A DNA stretch of 64,000 nucleotides, taken from positions 24,443 through 88,442 of the IMG/VR virus record IMGVR_UViG_3300032236_001304; one strand, written 5' to 3'. Below the pieces are notes generated by a model. That model did not search any database and was not told where the DNA came from. It worked only from the letters and a program-made list of their open reading frames with translations. A program made the translations under genes and the position numbers. The first letter of the stretch is position 1. Every line of letters starts with the position of its first letter. This document shows positions 40,808 through 51,294 of the stretch, one piece after another. This DNA comes from a virus.

Positions 40808-41610
40808 TGACAAACGAATTAATAGAATTTAAAGATAATTTTTTAGTAAACTTTTTTGAAGAAACAAGATATAATACATCCAAAAAACCAGGATTATTAA
40901 AGAATTTATTTCAAAATGATTTAACGGTATATGCTCGTTTTAAAATGAGTAATATGAAAAAAGAACGTACTGCAATTTTTGCTAAGCAAGGTTGTCATAG
41001 TGGTGCTTATTTTGAAAATCAAGATGGTAATATGAAATTTCGTTGTACAATTTTTACAGCGGAACCTGATAGTGGTAATTATTCTGACCATTTTCAAATG
41101 ATAGAATATTACCCAAAGGAAGAAGAATTATTTAATGAACACTATGTAATATATCAGTTAGACCATACAAATAAATTATTAAAAACTTGTTTTGATGGTG
41201 AATGGAAAGAAATGAAATGGGAAGGTGAAGTATGTGATTATACAAATGTTCCTTTTTGGGTAGGGGCAGGTGGTCCTTGGTATGATGACCCTTCATTTCA
41301 TTGGATGTTTGAAGGATACTTTTATGATTTTTCTATATTTAATAATGTACTTAGTGAAGATGATTGTAATTTAATTATTGATAATAAAGAAAATTATTTA
41401 GATAATATAGAATTAAAAGATAAATGTGTTACATCATTAGATTTTACAAAATGGAATCGTTTTAAAGTATGGGATAAAACAGGTAATGGTAATTTTGGTT
41501 TTATTGATGAATGGCATTTTATAAATGTACAAGAAAGATTAAATGAATTATTAGCTGGGAATAAATTAAAAAGTTCAACTATTGCAAATATTAAGCAAAC
41601 ATTGATTTAA
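40807..41610 (+). CDS. Stand-alone LamG/concanavalin A-like protein
   Basis: LTVYARFK, FWVG, FEG-x-x-x-DFSIFNNVLS, DKTGNGNFG: same pattern as the LamG inserts in the GT7 genes. Confidence 0.65.
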   Translation: MTNELIEFKDNFLVNFFEETRYNTSKKPGLLKNLFQNDLTVYARFKMSNMKKERTAIFAKQGCHSGAYFENQDGNMKFRCTIFTAEPDSGNYSDHFQMIEYYPKEEELFNEHYVIYQLDHTNKLLKTCFDGEWKEMKWEGEVCDYTNVPFWVGAGGPWYDDPSFHWMFEGYFYDFSIFNNVLSEDDCNLIIDNKENYLDNIELKDKCVTSLDFTKWNRFKVWDKTGNGNFGFIDEWHFINVQERLNELLAGNKLKSSTIANIKQTLI

Positions 41611-41616
41611 ATTGTT

Positions 41617-42435
41617 ATGGAAAAAAGAATTGACATTTTTGGATGTTCATTTAGTTGTGACCCAATGGGAAATCCTTGGATTGGATGGCCCTATTATTTA
41701 AATGAATATGAACCTAACATTAAAAATTTTAATTGGGCAAAATCAGGAATTGGTAATACCGAATTAAAAGATAATATTATAACATATATTGAAGAAATGG
41801 AAGGACGTAACGGTAGTACTGATTTATTATTAATACAATGGTCAGCATTTAGTAGATGTTACGGAACATCATTTGATGAAGTAATAAAACATCATGGTAA
41901 ACAATTAGAAAAATATTATTTAAAAGATTGGGAACATAGTGATGGTAAACGTCCTGGTGAAATTCATTTAGATAATTTAAGTTACGAAATAACAAAAAAT
42001 AATTTAGAATCAATTTTAGAATTACAAACTTATTTACAAAATAAAAATATAGATTATAAAATGTGGTTTGGATGGCAGCAAGTTTATCCAGAACAAATTG
42101 AACAATTTGGACTAACAGAATTATTAAATAAAATAAAAGAAGATAAAAATTTAATTTTATTTAAACAAAATGAATGTTATGATTATGAATTAGAAGAATA
42201 TGGATTATTAAGTAAATCACATTATGCATTAACTCTTAAAAAATTATTCGGATTAGATAAAGGTAATTATTTTCATCCTGCAACTGAGTGGGGTGGAATG
42301 ACAGAATTTATAAGAATGGAATTAGAAGATGGAAAATATGTTTCAAAAAATGATATGCATCCATCTACAAAAGCACAAAAATATTTCTTCGAACAAATTA
42401 TTAAAAATATTATTAAAGAAAAATTCAATATATGA
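41617..42435 (+). CDS. SGNH/GDSL-like protein (paralog 3)
   Basis: FGCSFS, AKSGIGN, IQWS-x-x-x-R, DMHPS. Confidence 0.65.
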   Translation: MEKRIDIFGCSFSCDPMGNPWIGWPYYLNEYEPNIKNFNWAKSGIGNTELKDNIITYIEEMEGRNGSTDLLLIQWSAFSRCYGTSFDEVIKHHGKQLEKYYLKDWEHSDGKRPGEIHLDNLSYEITKNNLESILELQTYLQNKNIDYKMWFGWQQVYPEQIEQFGLTELLNKIKEDKNLILFKQNECYDYELEEYGLLSKSHYALTLKKLFGLDKGNYFHPATEWGGMTEFIRMELEDGKYVSKNDMHPSTKAQKYFFEQIIKNIIKEKFNI

Positions 42436-43400
42436 AAATTTTAATCACAGGTGGAGCAGGTTATTTAGGTTCAGTAATAACTAAAAAAATGTTAGATGCA
42501 GGACATGAAGTAACTGTATTAGATAATTTATCATTTAAACAATTATCACCATTACAATTTACATCAAATCCAAATTATAATTTTATTTATGGTGATGTTA
42601 GAAATGAAAGATTATTAGAACATTTGGTGGGTATAAATGATGTAATAATTCCATTGGCAGCAATTGTAGGATTTCCAGCGTGTAAAGCAGATCCTAAATT
42701 AGCATGGGAAGTAAATTTTAATCAAATAGAAACTATATTAAAATCAATTACTGATACTCATATGATTTTATATCCAAATACAAATAGTGGATATGGTATT
42801 GGTGAAGGACAAACGGAATGCAACGAAAGCTCTCCATTAAATCCAATTTCAGTTTATGGTGAAAGCAAATGTGCAGCTGAAAAATTGTTATTAGAAAGTA
42901 GTTCTGCTATTTGTTTCCGTTTAGCAACTGTGTTTGGAACCTCATCCAGAATGAGAACTGATTTATTAGTTAATGAGTTTGTTTATAAAGCAATGACAGA
43001 TAAATACATTACTGTATTTGAAAAGAATTTTAAAAGAAATTTTATCCATATTCAAGATGTAGCAAATGTATTTTTGTTTGCTATGGATAGATATGAAACT
43101 ATGAAACATCAAGTATATAATGTAGGATTAAGTAACGCTAATTTAAATAAACAAGAATTATTAGAAAAAATACAAGAATATATTCCTGATTTTGCAATTA
43201 GTTATTCTGATTTTTACGAAGACCCGGATAAAAGAGATTATATTGTTTCAAATTCAAAAATAGAAGGTATTGGTTGGAAACCGGAATATAGTTTAGATGA
43301 TGGTATTAAAGAATTGATGAAAACATATCAGGTCTTAATTCCAAAAATGACATCTGAATTTAGAAACGGATTTCCATTAGGTTACGCACAAACATTTTAA
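42432..43400 (+). CDS. NAD-dependent NDP-sugar epimerase/dehydratase (extended SDR)
   Basis: ITGGAGYLG, LAAIVG, YGESK (YxxxK), FRLATVFG-x-S-x-RMR-x-DL. Confidence 0.92.
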   Translation: MKILITGGAGYLGSVITKKMLDAGHEVTVLDNLSFKQLSPLQFTSNPNYNFIYGDVRNERLLEHLVGINDVIIPLAAIVGFPACKADPKLAWEVNFNQIETILKSITDTHMILYPNTNSGYGIGEGQTECNESSPLNPISVYGESKCAAEKLLLESSSAICFRLATVFGTSSRMRTDLLVNEFVYKAMTDKYITVFEKNFKRNFIHIQDVANVFLFAMDRYETMKHQVYNVGLSNANLNKQELLEKIQEYIPDFAISYSDFYEDPDKRDYIVSNSKIEGIGWKPEYSLDDGIKELMKTYQVLIPKMTSEFRNGFPLGYAQTF

Positions 43401-43401
43401 C

Positions 43402-44958
43402 ATGGCAGGATTTGTATTTGCAAAAAAATGGGATGAAACATATCAAGAGTATAGAGATAGAGCAATAAATCCAATTTCTCCATCATTTTGTGGAGCTAAA
43501 TGGTATAATGCTACTATATGGTTAAATATGGGACAAACCACATCTTGTCATCATCCACAACCACATAAGATTCCACTAAGAGAATTAGAACGTTCACCTA
43601 AAGCATTGCATAATACTCAATATAAAAAATTGGTTAGAAAAGAAATGTTAGAAGGAGTTAGACCTAAAGAATGTGAGTATTGTTGGAAGATTGAAGATTT
43701 AGGACCTGATAAAGTAAGTGATAGAGTTTATAAATCAGTTATTTATTCAGATGAAGAATTGGTTAGTGCACAGAAAAATTATAGTTGGAATAAAGATGTT
43801 GACTTAAAAACATTAGAAATTAGTTTTGATGCTAATTGTAACTTTGCTTGCTCATATTGTAATTCATCATTCAGTACAACCTGGCAATCCGATATTAAAA
43901 CAAATGGTGCATACCAAAATTTAATTACTGATGGTGGTGGTGCATTTCAACACGCTGGAGATGATGCAATGATATATGGTAAAGACCAAATTGATAATCC
44001 ATATTTAGAAGCATTTTGGAAATGGTGGGAAGGTGATTTACAAACATCATTAAGAGAATTAAGAGTAACAGGTGGTGAACCTACTATGAGTAAAGGGTTT
44101 TGGAAGTTAATGGATTGGTGGACAAATAATAAACAATGTGATGTAAACTTCGCAGTTAATTCAAATTTAGGACAAAGTAAATTATTAGTAGATAGATTAA
44201 TTAATGCAACTCATAATTTTAAACATTTTTCATTATACACAAGTTGTGAATCAATTGGAGAGCACGCTGAATATATTAGAGATGGTTTAAAGTGGGAAGT
44301 ATGGAAAGAAAATGCAGAAAGAATGATTAGGGATGGTAATTTAAAAACATTTAATGTAATGATGACAATTAATGCATTATGTTTATTTAGTATTACTGAT
44401 TGTTTAGAATTTATACATGGATTAAGAAATAAATACAAAGATAAAACAGATGTATTAATTACTTTAAATATATTAAGATTTCCATCTTTTCAATCAGCAA
44501 CTACTTTACCTGAAAATATTAAATTAGAAAGAGCACAACATTTGCAAAATTGGGCAGAAAATTTAATTAAAGAAAATAAAGAAAATAATTTATATACCGA
44601 AGATGCATTGTGGGGATTAGTAAATCAAATTTATAGATTATGTGAATATCTTAGAGAAGTTACACAAGGACATAGATTTGCAAGTGATTTGGAAAGTAGA
44701 GAAAAGGATTTTAAATCATTCTATTCTCAATATGATATTCGTAGAAATAAAAACTTTGTAGAAACATTTCCTGAATTAACAGACTGGTATAATTCAATTG
44801 AAGCAACTAAATTAGAACAAGTAATTGAAATACAACAGGCGGCAGATAATGGTGTATATACAAAAGAATATATGGAAAAGGCATTAGAGGATAGTGTTGT
44901 AAATAATAAATTAGAAAACGAAATATTAGAATATTTAGAACCAAAAAAATTAATATAA
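43402..44958 (+). CDS. Radical SAM enzyme with N-terminal twitch-like Cys cluster (paralog 2)
   Basis: CNFACSYC, VTGGEP, NSNLG; FCGAKW...SCHHP...ECEYCW; clearly paralogous to 39410..40807. Confidence 0.9.
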   Translation: MAGFVFAKKWDETYQEYRDRAINPISPSFCGAKWYNATIWLNMGQTTSCHHPQPHKIPLRELERSPKALHNTQYKKLVRKEMLEGVRPKECEYCWKIEDLGPDKVSDRVYKSVIYSDEELVSAQKNYSWNKDVDLKTLEISFDANCNFACSYCNSSFSTTWQSDIKTNGAYQNLITDGGGAFQHAGDDAMIYGKDQIDNPYLEAFWKWWEGDLQTSLRELRVTGGEPTMSKGFWKLMDWWTNNKQCDVNFAVNSNLGQSKLLVDRLINATHNFKHFSLYTSCESIGEHAEYIRDGLKWEVWKENAERMIRDGNLKTFNVMMTINALCLFSITDCLEFIHGLRNKYKDKTDVLITLNILRFPSFQSATTLPENIKLERAQHLQNWAENLIKENKENNLYTEDALWGLVNQIYRLCEYLREVTQGHRFASDLESREKDFKSFYSQYDIRRNKNFVETFPELTDWYNSIEATKLEQVIEIQQAADNGVYTKEYMEKALEDSVVNNKLENEILEYLEPKKLI

Positions 44959-45494
44959 TGAATAATAAATGGGATGCGTTCAAAGTAACTCCATCAAAAA
45001 AATTTGGAATGGAAGTTCCAATTTTTACACCTTCAATTTATAGAGAATATAGAGGTGAAATATTTACAACCTTTCATTCGGAAGAACATCCTGTAATGAT
45101 AAGAATAGGTGAAGGACACTCAATACATGGTAGATTCTCAAAATCATATAAAGGTGTATTACGAGGTTTACATTATGATAATAAGACTTGGAAATTAGTT
45201 CAAGCGGCAGTTGGAGATATTTACCTAATTGTTTTGGATATGCGAAAAGAAAGTCCCACATTTGGTGAATGGGAATCTTTTATGATAACCGAAAAAGATA
45301 GAAACCAGGTATTAGTTCCACCCGGTTTTGCAAATGGACACTATGCACTTACTGATTGTATGTTTCACTATAATTTATTTTACAAAGATGGTTATGTGGA
45401 TGCAGATGAGCAAGGTGTAGTTAAGTGGAATGACCCGGAATATCAAATGGAATGGCCAACAACAAATCCAATATTACAAAAAAGAGATAGATAA
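44958..45494 (+). CDS. rmlC: dTDP-4-dehydrorhamnose 3,5-epimerase-like (RmlC cupin)
   Basis: S-x-KGVLRGLHY, KLV, D-x-RKESPTFGEW, LVPPGFANGH, WNDP...WP. Confidence 0.88.
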   Translation: MNNKWDAFKVTPSKKFGMEVPIFTPSIYREYRGEIFTTFHSEEHPVMIRIGEGHSIHGRFSKSYKGVLRGLHYDNKTWKLVQAAVGDIYLIVLDMRKESPTFGEWESFMITEKDRNQVLVPPGFANGHYALTDCMFHYNLFYKDGYVDADEQGVVKWNDPEYQMEWPTTNPILQKRDR

Positions 45495-46639
45495 TGAATA
45501 TAGGTGCATTTTTTAGAGGAAATCCAATACCATTACAAAAAGTTTCCGACTTACTTTGGATGTTTAAAAATACAAAATACAGTGAATATTTTTATAATGA
45601 TTTTAATTGGCAAATCGCATTAGAAACATTAGCCAAAACACATAATATAAATCTATGGCCAGGTATTGTACATGATGTTAATTTTTTATGGGATTGTTCT
45701 AATGATAGTGAAGTTTTAAATTTAATTGAATTAAATCCAACTAAAAAATTTTATGAATTATCACCATTAAATTTAGATCATCATAATCCAAAGAAACCAA
45801 ATCATAAAAACTTACCAAATTTATTTTATTTAGTTTCAGAAATCACAGATGAAATGGATTGTATATTTGATTTATCATTATTATTAAATCGATATGTATA
45901 TCATCAAGATTGGAATTTTCATTACTATTTAAGAGAAACTTTTAATTTAATATCACAAAAAGATTATAGAATGGATTTCTCATTGTATTTACCATTCAAA
46001 CCAAATAGAATAAAATACTCAAGATATTTTTATAAAAAGTACGATAAATTATTTTATTCAATAAATAATTTCCATATTTTAAACATTAAAAATAAAAATA
46101 TTCATACAAATTATAATTCAGAACTAAGCCAACAATATAGAAGAATGGAAGAAGAATATGATGAAGATTTGGAATTTTTCTATAATTTAGAACCTGAATA
46201 TATAACAAATGATTTTTCGGATGGTAATGGGGGATTAGATTATAAAATTAATTTTAGAAAATTTACATCATCTACAATAAAAAGTGATATATCAATTTTA
46301 ATGGAAACATGGGATGGTCATAAAAATGATATGCAAAAAAACTTAGTAACTGAAAAAACATATGATATGTTAGCAATAGGTAAACCATTTATAGCTATGT
46401 GTCCAGTTACAGATGATTTTTTAAACAAATTTGGATTTATAAATTATAAAACATTAAGTATATTTTCAAATTATAATACTGAATTAGAAATAATAGATTA
46501 TATTTTAACAGCAGATGAAACTACCTACCAAATTATAAAAACAGAATTATATTTGGCAGCAAATGAAAATATGAAAATATTTGATACATATGTAAAGAAT
46601 AATACATTTATAGAAAATATAATAAATGAACATAAATAA
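45494..46639 (+). CDS. Uncharacterised GT10-like (ET...TEK...PF) protein, paralog 1
   Basis: ISILMET...LVTEKTY...GKPFI...L-x-x-FGF in the C-terminal half, shared with three downstream ORFs. Confidence 0.5.
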   Translation: MNIGAFFRGNPIPLQKVSDLLWMFKNTKYSEYFYNDFNWQIALETLAKTHNINLWPGIVHDVNFLWDCSNDSEVLNLIELNPTKKFYELSPLNLDHHNPKKPNHKNLPNLFYLVSEITDEMDCIFDLSLLLNRYVYHQDWNFHYYLRETFNLISQKDYRMDFSLYLPFKPNRIKYSRYFYKKYDKLFYSINNFHILNIKNKNIHTNYNSELSQQYRRMEEEYDEDLEFFYNLEPEYITNDFSDGNGGLDYKINFRKFTSSTIKSDISILMETWDGHKNDMQKNLVTEKTYDMLAIGKPFIAMCPVTDDFLNKFGFINYKTLSIFSNYNTELEIIDYILTADETTYQIIKTELYLAANENMKIFDTYVKNNTFIENIINEHK

Positions 46640-47321
46640 GTTATATACAAAACAAATAGAACCTATTAATCATTGGTCTTTTGATAAATTTATAGATTAC
46701 GAATTAACAACTAAATTAAAAGAAGAACTTACTACTTTATTTGATTTTCGTAAAAATGAATTTAAATTTTTTGATAGAAACGGTTCAGCTATGTATGAAT
46801 GGTGTAACTACAATCAAAAAGATACTCCAATTGCATATAACTTGATTTCATATTTACATTCAACAGAATTTGTAAGATGGTTAGAAGAAACAACAAATCT
46901 TAATGGATTAATACCTGATATTCATTTACATGGTGCAGGTTATATGAGATGTGGTGTTGGTGATAGTTTAAAAATACATACTGATTTTAATTGGAATGGT
47001 ACTATTAAATTAAACAGAGTTTTAACGTTGGTAATATACCTTAATAAAGGATGGCAAATTGAATGGAATGGTGATATACAATTTTGGGATAAACAAAATA
47101 AAGAATGTATTAAAAATTATTTTCCAAATTGGGGTAATGCGGTAATATGGGAATATGATGAATTAGGATTTCACGGACATCCTAATCCTTTAAATTGTCC
47201 AGAAGGTGAATATAGAGATGGATTTAGATTATTTTATTATACATCAAATTCTACAAATGAAAATCCACATAGAAGTTTGTATTGGTTTGATGGTGAAAAA
47301 GCAATAGATGAAATTAAATAA
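46626..47321 (+). CDS. 2OG-Fe(II) oxygenase
   Basis: LHGAG, IHTDFN (HxD), VIYLN-x-x-W, FHGHP, R-x-x-x-x-LFYYT. Confidence 0.88.
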   Translation: MNINKLYTKQIEPINHWSFDKFIDYELTTKLKEELTTLFDFRKNEFKFFDRNGSAMYEWCNYNQKDTPIAYNLISYLHSTEFVRWLEETTNLNGLIPDIHLHGAGYMRCGVGDSLKIHTDFNWNGTIKLNRVLTLVIYLNKGWQIEWNGDIQFWDKQNKECIKNYFPNWGNAVIWEYDELGFHGHPNPLNCPEGEYRDGFRLFYYTSNSTNENPHRSLYWFDGEKAIDEIK

Positions 47322-47937
47322 TGATTGGGATTATGTATTAGAGTTTGAACAACTTATTGCAAATTATTGTGGTTCAAAATATGCAGTAGCTTGTGATAGT
47401 AATTCAAATGCAATTAAATTGGTATTAGAATATCTTAATATAAAAGATACAAAAATTGAAATACCAAAAAATACTTACGCATCTGTTCCTATGCAAATTA
47501 TTCATAGTGGTAATATACCGGTATTCAAAGATTTACATTGGAGTGGAAAATATCAATTGGGATATACTGGAATATATGATGCCGCATGTGCTTTTTATAA
47601 AAATATGTATTACGATACTTTAGATGAATCATATATGATATTATCGTTTCATCATAGAAAGATACTTAATATAGGAAAAGGTGGAATTATTTTGACAAAT
47701 GATAAAAATTTCGTAAATTGGTGTAGACCTATGATATACGATGGAAGACACATTGATAAAATGTATAATGAAGATGAATTAGAATGTATAGGTTATCATA
47801 TGTATATGACACCAGAAGATGCCAAAATAGGAATTGATATTTTTAATAAAAAAATTAAAGACTTTAATGAAGATTGTGGCTCATACGAAACATATAATGA
47901 TTTAACAAACCAACCCGTATTTAAAAAATATTTATGA
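47308..47937 (+). CDS. DegT/DnrJ/EryC1/StrS-family PLP enzyme, shortened
   Basis: FEQ-x-IA-x-Y-x-G-x-KYAVA-x-x-S-x-S-x-A, TY-x-SV, YDAA, SFHHRK (PLP lysine), G-x-GG; only 209 aa. Confidence 0.8.
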   Translation: MKLNNDWDYVLEFEQLIANYCGSKYAVACDSNSNAIKLVLEYLNIKDTKIEIPKNTYASVPMQIIHSGNIPVFKDLHWSGKYQLGYTGIYDAACAFYKNMYYDTLDESYMILSFHHRKILNIGKGGIILTNDKNFVNWCRPMIYDGRHIDKMYNEDELECIGYHMYMTPEDAKIGIDIFNKKIKDFNEDCGSYETYNDLTNQPVFKKYL

Positions 47938-48569
47938 TAAATTATTTACACCATTATCCAGTTGTAGCAGAAGCTCGTTACACAAAGGAAGACTTAATTA
48001 AGTACGAAAGAATGATTGCAGACCATTGGGAAGCAGGTAAGATTAAAGGACCTGTACATTTAAGTGGTGGCAATGAAGATGAATTAATTCAAATAGGTAA
48101 AAGAATTAAAGAAACAGATTGGGTATTCTCAACATGGCGTTCTCACTACCATGCACTAATCAAAGGTGTTGACCCAAAATGGTTAGAAGAAGAAATATTA
48201 GCAGGTAGAAGTATTACTATTATTAGTGAGGAACAAAGATTTTACGCAAGTGCAATTGTAGGAGCAATCATACCTATTGCAGTTGGGGTAGCAATGGCAA
48301 ATAAGAGGGATGGTAAAGATGATAAAGTATTTTGTTTCATAGGTGATATGGCATTTGAGACTGGTGGATTTTATGAAATGCACAAATATGCAGAACGATA
48401 CGATTTACCTATTGTATTTGTAGTAGAAGATAATGGTGTATCAACCAACACTCCAACTGAAGCAACTTGGAATGGTGAAAAAAGACATATACCATCAGAA
48501 AAAGTTATTTGGTATTCATATGAAAAACAATGGCCGCATTACGGAACAGGTAAATGGGTAATATTTTAG
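47934..48569 (+). CDS. TPP-dependent enzyme, E1-alpha-like subunit
   Basis: HLS-x-G-x-E, STWRSHYH, AIVG, GD-x-A-x-E-x-G...EDN TPP-binding motif; compact at 211 aa. Confidence 0.88.
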   Translation: MINYLHHYPVVAEARYTKEDLIKYERMIADHWEAGKIKGPVHLSGGNEDELIQIGKRIKETDWVFSTWRSHYHALIKGVDPKWLEEEILAGRSITIISEEQRFYASAIVGAIIPIAVGVAMANKRDGKDDKVFCFIGDMAFETGGFYEMHKYAERYDLPIVFVVEDNGVSTNTPTEATWNGEKRHIPSEKVIWYSYEKQWPHYGTGKWVIF

Positions 48570-49804
48570 AAAACAATAAATCTTTTTGTTTAGCTCCTTG
48601 GATACATTCTTATATATCCCCACAAGGATTACGTCAGATATGTTGTGTAGCAGAACATAACTTTGGTAAAAATGTGCCATTAGAAGATATGTGGAATAGT
48701 GATGAAATGAAAAATATTCGTAAAAGAATGTTAGAGGGAGAAACATTATCCGAATGTAATAGATGCAATGATAGTTCAATTAATCCATATTCTTATAGAA
48801 AATATTTTAATACAGAATATATTACTAAAATAGATGAAGCTATATTAAATACTGATATAGACGGTAATTTTAATGGATTACCTAAAACATTTGATTATAG
48901 AACAAATGTATGTAATTTTAAATGTAAAATGTGTACTGAAGAATTTTCAACACAAATACAGGGTGAAAAAATAAATAATGGATTGAATTTACAATTCAAC
49001 ATTTTAAATACAGAAGAAAAAGAAAAAAGTTTAGAAATAATTAATAATGAATTTAGTAATGATGAAATTCTTAAAAATGTTTTAGAAATTTATTGGGCAG
49101 GTGGTGAACCTATGTATTGGAAAACACATTGGGAAACATTAGATAGATTAATTGAAAAAGGATATGCTAAAAATGTAACACTTAGATATCATAGTAATTT
49201 ATCTACAATAGAGTATAAGGAAAAATTATTAACAGATTATTTTGAACATTTTAAAGATATACAATTTTACAGTAGTTTAGATGGAACAGGTAATATTGGT
49301 GAATGGATTAGAAGTAATTTAAATTTTGAAAAATGGAAAATAAATTTTTCAAAATTAATTCAATATAGAAATACACATAGTAATATAAAAATTAAATTAT
49401 CAATTGCAGTTACAACTGCAACTTTATTTGATTTTGAAAATTTATATGAATTATGTAAAGAGTTTGATGTAGAACCTGATTTTCAAACATGTTATGCTAC
49501 AAATGCTACTAATTTATTATCACCAAAGTCATTTCCAAAAGAATATATTAAAAACATATGTTTTAAATTTTTAGATGTACATATAAATGATAATGATTAT
49601 ATTATTATTAAATTTAGAAATTATGTTGATTTTTTATTAAAAGAAACGTTTTTTGAAAAAGATTTTGATTATAAATCAAATATAAAATATGGATTGACTC
49701 AAATAAATTATTTAGAATTAAATAGACCACATTCAAATATAACATTTGAAGATATATTAAAATATGATAGTAAAATATATAATTTTTATAAAAACATAAA
49801 ATGA
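48554..49804 (+). CDS. Radical SAM enzyme with N-terminal twitch-like Cys cluster (paralog 3)
   Basis: FCLAPW...CC...WNS...ECNRC, then CNFKCKMC, WAGGEP, SLDG, EWIR. Confidence 0.9.
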   Translation: MGNILENNKSFCLAPWIHSYISPQGLRQICCVAEHNFGKNVPLEDMWNSDEMKNIRKRMLEGETLSECNRCNDSSINPYSYRKYFNTEYITKIDEAILNTDIDGNFNGLPKTFDYRTNVCNFKCKMCTEEFSTQIQGEKINNGLNLQFNILNTEEKEKSLEIINNEFSNDEILKNVLEIYWAGGEPMYWKTHWETLDRLIEKGYAKNVTLRYHSNLSTIEYKEKLLTDYFEHFKDIQFYSSLDGTGNIGEWIRSNLNFEKWKINFSKLIQYRNTHSNIKIKLSIAVTTATLFDFENLYELCKEFDVEPDFQTCYATNATNLLSPKSFPKEYIKNICFKFLDVHINDNDYIIIKFRNYVDFLLKETFFEKDFDYKSNIKYGLTQINYLELNRPHSNITFEDILKYDSKIYNFYKNIK

Positions 49805-51294
49805 AAAAAATAAATTTTATATATGAATACGAGCAAGATGGTGTTATATTTCCAAACGGATTAACTAAGGAAGCATATAATAGTACATTAGAACAAATAG
49901 AATTACATAATGTGTCTACCTATGATTTTTTTGTTACAAAGAAATTAACAGATCATCATAATGTTATAAATTTATCATCTAGATATCCAGATAAAACTTT
50001 TAATATTTTTTACACAAGAACAATTAATGAAAATATATTAGAAAACGTTACTAAAATTAATGATAAAAAATATTCATTTGAAAAAGATAATAATGAATAT
50101 GAAATAGAATTAGTACAATTTAATAATTTAAAAAAAGGTGAAAATAATTATTATATAATAAATTTGTTTGGAAATGAAAGTTTTTTATTTCAATATCCAT
50201 CTATAACGGTCACTAATTTAGAAGAAAAACAAACAAATAACAATAATATTTTTAATTTTAATCCGGCCATAATTGAACAAATTAAAAATAAAAATTTAAA
50301 ACTTATTATATGTACTTTTCATGAAGGTGGTGTTCATTATAATAGTTTTTTAGAAGCAATATATACATCATGTAAATTATTAGAATTAAATCCAAATGAT
50401 ATATCATATGTAAATGCAGATGCAAATATAAATTTACATCATACGGCTTATTGTGAAACACACAATATTAACAATAAAATAAACACATATTTTGTAGATT
50501 ATTTATTTAGTGATGCATGTAATCAATATTCAAATAATGATTATGATGTAGACGTATTAAATTATGAAGGTGAAAGAGAAAAGAATTTTTTAATATTTAA
50601 TCGTTCAGTATTTAAAGACCATAGATTTTGGTATTTATCTCAATTACAAAAAAATGGAATATTAGATAATTGTTTATTTTCTATGATATTTCCGTATGAT
50701 AGAGAAATTGAATATGGACAAGATACATATAGAGGATTTCCAACATTTGCAACCGAAGAAGAGTTTGAAGAAAATAAAAAATGGATGCAAGAAATTAAAA
50801 ATATGGGAGTTGTTAAAATAGATGATATAGATACGTTTGAAGATTCAACATATTATGCAAATGGAAAAAGAGTTCATTATGGGTGGATTGATTGGGTAAA
50901 ACCAACGTTTGATCCATCGTTTTTAAGAACGTATATGACATTACTTACAGAATCGGCATTTACAACATGCCAAGTGTCAGAAAAAGGAGTAAAAGCATTA
51001 CGTTATTATCATCCATTTATTGCAGTAGCCGGTCCATATTATTTACGAATGTTAAGAGAAAAAGGATTTAAAACATTTAGTAAATATTTTGATGAAAGTT
51101 ATGATGAAATTGAAGATCATGGTGAAAGAATGAAAGCGGTAATTAAACTTACAAATGAATTAAATGATTCAAAAAAATTACACAAAATATTTATGAATAG
51201 TAAAGAAGAAGTAATACATAATTCAATGTTATGTAGAAAGTTTTCATCACAAGATTCTATAAAAACACTTTTTAATAAAATATTTTCAATATAA
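49801..51294 (+). CDS. Uncharacterised GT10-like protein, paralog 2
   Basis: HEG, FLIFNR...HR, LLTES...VSEK...HPFI...LREKGFKTF...DESYD-x-IED. Confidence 0.55.
   Translation: MKKINFIYEYEQDGVIFPNGLTKEAYNSTLEQIELHNVSTYDFFVTKKLTDHHNVINLSSRYPDKTFNIFYTRTINENILENVTKINDKKYSFEKDNNEYEIELVQFNNLKKGENNYYIINLFGNESFLFQYPSITVTNLEEKQTNNNNIFNFNPAIIEQIKNKNLKLIICTFHEGGVHYNSFLEAIYTSCKLLELNPNDISYVNADANINLHHTAYCETHNINNKINTYFVDYLFSDACNQYSNNDYDVDVLNYEGEREKNFLIFNRSVFKDHRFWYLSQLQKNGILDNCLFSMIFPYDREIEYGQDTYRGFPTFATEEEFEENKKWMQEIKNMGVVKIDDIDTFEDSTYYANGKRVHYGWIDWVKPTFDPSFLRTYMTLLTESAFTTCQVSEKGVKALRYYHPFIAVAGPYYLRMLREKGFKTFSKYFDESYDEIEDHGERMKAVIKLTNELNDSKKLHKIFMNSKEEVIHNSMLCRKFSSQDSIKTLFNKIFSI

Noticed and set aside
36288-49804. 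RiPP cluster (radical SAM enzymes plus a small precursor such as 36288..36554)
   Set aside because: No RRE/PqqD domain, peptidase or transporter is evident, the small ORFs lack a leader/core layout, and the neighbours are sugar enzymes.
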